A stretch of 63,997 bases of DNA, filler included, from Asterionella formosa (Eukaryota), in NCBI GenBank assembly GCA_002256025.1. It is 8 parts of 8 records of this genome, joined end to end, with 100 filler letters (N's around TTAATTAATTAA, not from the genome) between each part and the next. Parts side by side here need not be neighbours in the genome. Positions count along the whole stretch, not along the records: positions 56,612 to 63,997 come from NKIB01012460.1; 7 more parts are not named here. One strand, written 5' to 3'. Under the pieces are notes generated by a model. The model worked only from the letters and a program-made list of their open reading frames with translations, had not been told where the DNA came from and did not search any database. This document shows positions 62,119 to 63,997 of this stretch, piece by piece; positions within the stretch are counted from its first letter, which is position 1, and the number at the start of each line of letters is the position of its first letter. The position numbers and the translations under genes were made by a program.

Positions 62119-63531
62119 ATGAGTTCTGAAGGTATCTGTGATGTTTTAATTGAAGATGAGAAAAGTCATGATCCAGTTGGTGGAGAAGGTGGTGTTGAAT
62201 CTAACAATTTGGGAGATTTAGACTTTGAATCCGATGCAAAGGAAATCGAATCTATTGAGAAGGACAAGAATGTACTTTCCAATGTCTCACAAGGGTCTTC
62301 AAACAGAATTCCCATTTCGAATGTATATCGTTCTTCTATGGCAAAGTTTCCACGTCCTAATACGGATCCAAGAGTTATCCGAAAAAAACTTGTGTTTGAT
62401 TCTGGGCAAAAACATTTTCGAAGTGATATTGTGACACCAGAGTCTGTAAGAGTTGATAACACTGCAGGCAGGCTTTTTGAAGACATTGAATCCGAAGAGG
62501 AAGGAGTTACTTTGGTTTGTGGTGATATTGATGGCAATGAACTGAGTTCTGGTGGAGGAGCTGTTTGTAGTTTTCAGAGTTATAATCAGCATGTTCGAGG
62601 GAACGATTTGCTAAAAGGAGAAGGTGGGATTTTAACAATTAAAACATTTGGTCAGTCAAGTCATCTTCAAAGTGTCGCCATGATGGCACAAAGGAATCAA
62701 TCATATCATCCTACCATTGTTGCACGCCTTCCTTCAGGATGTGAAGCAACTATTGGGATTGCAAAAATTGGAGAAGATCATGAAGAATATGGGATTGGAA
62801 TATTGAGTAATCCTCTTTCTGATCTTCTCAGTGAAAAATGTGTGAATTTATTCTCTGATATATTTCAGAATATCGGTGTATACAGGTTGTCTGATGCTTC
62901 TGATTTTCTTGAGATTAATAAAAATGGTTTTGGCCTAACCAACAAGCCTATGACATTATTGTTTATGGCAGTTCCTGCTGTTGACAAAAAACCCTCGAAG
63001 GTCAATGTAAATGGGCAAGAGGAATTCTCTGTTAACCAGAATTTTTTTCCTAATTTCTGGAATAATCAACTTCGATACAGGAATAATACAAGGGACAGTG
63101 GTATTACTTGTTTTATTGACATTTGTGGCAAGATGCCCGAAGTTCTTTTCCCCGCACAGCAGAGGATCAGTCATGCAGAGGGTCTTGTTTCTCTCAAATC
63201 TATTGGTCCTGTTGTCAGTAATGATTTTTGGTATATGACCTTGTATGGTTCGTATGCTCAGTGTTTTGTTGCATTTATGAACTCTGAATTAACAATTACA
63301 GGTAGGTGCAATGGTTTTAGACCCCTCTTTGTTATGACAAATACCAATGTCCAACAAAAATGTCACTGGGGTGTCAACGGGACCAGACTTACTAGTATGG
63401 AAAATGGGGCAGTATCTTTTCTTTCTTTAATTGGTTTTTGGAAACAGAAAAGTAACAATGTTGATGAGTGCGAAATCATTTCTATTTCGCGTGAGGGCAT
63501 TCCTCTCACTTCAAATGTCTTGGTACATTAG
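62119..63531 (+). CDS. Orphan ORF, 470 aa, acidic N-terminus; possibly transposon cargo
   Basis: Uninterrupted ATG-to-stop ORF in AT-rich DNA with a T-rich coding strand. No domain I can recognise. Confidence 0.6.
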   Translation: MSSEGICDVLIEDEKSHDPVGGEGGVESNNLGDLDFESDAKEIESIEKDKNVLSNVSQGSSNRIPISNVYRSSMAKFPRPNTDPRVIRKKLVFDSGQKHFRSDIVTPESVRVDNTAGRLFEDIESEEEGVTLVCGDIDGNELSSGGGAVCSFQSYNQHVRGNDLLKGEGGILTIKTFGQSSHLQSVAMMAQRNQSYHPTIVARLPSGCEATIGIAKIGEDHEEYGIGILSNPLSDLLSEKCVNLFSDIFQNIGVYRLSDASDFLEINKNGFGLTNKPMTLLFMAVPAVDKKPSKVNVNGQEEFSVNQNFFPNFWNNQLRYRNNTRDSGITCFIDICGKMPEVLFPAQQRISHAEGLVSLKSIGPVVSNDFWYMTLYGSYAQCFVAFMNSELTITGRCNGFRPLFVMTNTNVQQKCHWGVNGTRLTSMENGAVSFLSLIGFWKQKSNNVDECEIISISREGIPLTSNVLVH

Positions 63532-63997
63532 GATATTTCAAAATCTGCTCAGCAATTTGTCAGTTGCATGGTGTTGGTTGACCTTTTTTTTTTCTTATAA
63601 AAAGTTCCTTTATGTTATTGGGTCCTGGATAGGAAAGTATTCAAATGACTCCGATTTGCGTTGCGGTCATACATCTTGTTTTTAATCAATAGTGAGGCCA
63701 TTGATTACGTAATGTTAAATACTGCTTAGGATTTTTCATATTATTAATTAGAGACTAAGGTTCAGAAAATGTTTCTAATGACTTCGATATATTTTGGGGT
63801 CATTGATGATGGACCTTTACAATCTATTTAATTAAAGGTCTAATTTTATAGAATGTTATCAGTGACCCGACTTCTTTGTTGCTATCAATTTCATCAACTA
63901 TATTCGATTAACACAGTACTAGGTTCAAGGCCGTCATTGTCGATTATGGTGGTTGAAACAAAATTGTCTTGAGATAAAATAAAACAAAAGGAACAGC

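Overview
Eukaryotic nuclear DNA, most likely a diatom (inferred from spliceosomal GT-AG introns of 65-130 nt, CoDi-type Ty1/copia relics and diatom-style type II LRR membrane proteins). The window is not one locus. It is an artificial concatenation of eight size-sorted contigs of about 8 kb (>=8002, 7998, 7993, 7989, 7987, 7975, 7967, >=7386 bp) joined by N44-TTAATTAATTAA-N44 linkers, so adjacency across linkers has no biological meaning. Apparently intact host genes: two type II transmembrane plant-type LRR receptor-like proteins, a SWEET sugar transporter, an AMBRA1-like WD40 protein, a secreted M6 (InhA-like) metalloprotease and two orphan ORFs. Incomplete or broken genes: a probable ATE1 5' end, two gap-truncated ORFs, a 5'-truncated RI-type LRR fused to a Pelle/IRAK-like kinase and two broken paralogs of the TM-LRR family. 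The rest is dense transposon debris (copia, gypsy, pogo, Kolobok with a KolX/P2X7-ballast-like ORF, Plavaka, MITE- and Helentron-like ends), a 190-bp satellite and abundant TA-flanked palindromic footprints. The most notable signals are (i) a candidate innate-immune-like LRR receptor/IRAK-kinase repertoire whose LRR cassettes vary almost only at predicted ligand-facing codons and show cassette duplication and deletion, and (ii) a Kolobok element carrying a P2X7-ballast-like second ORF.
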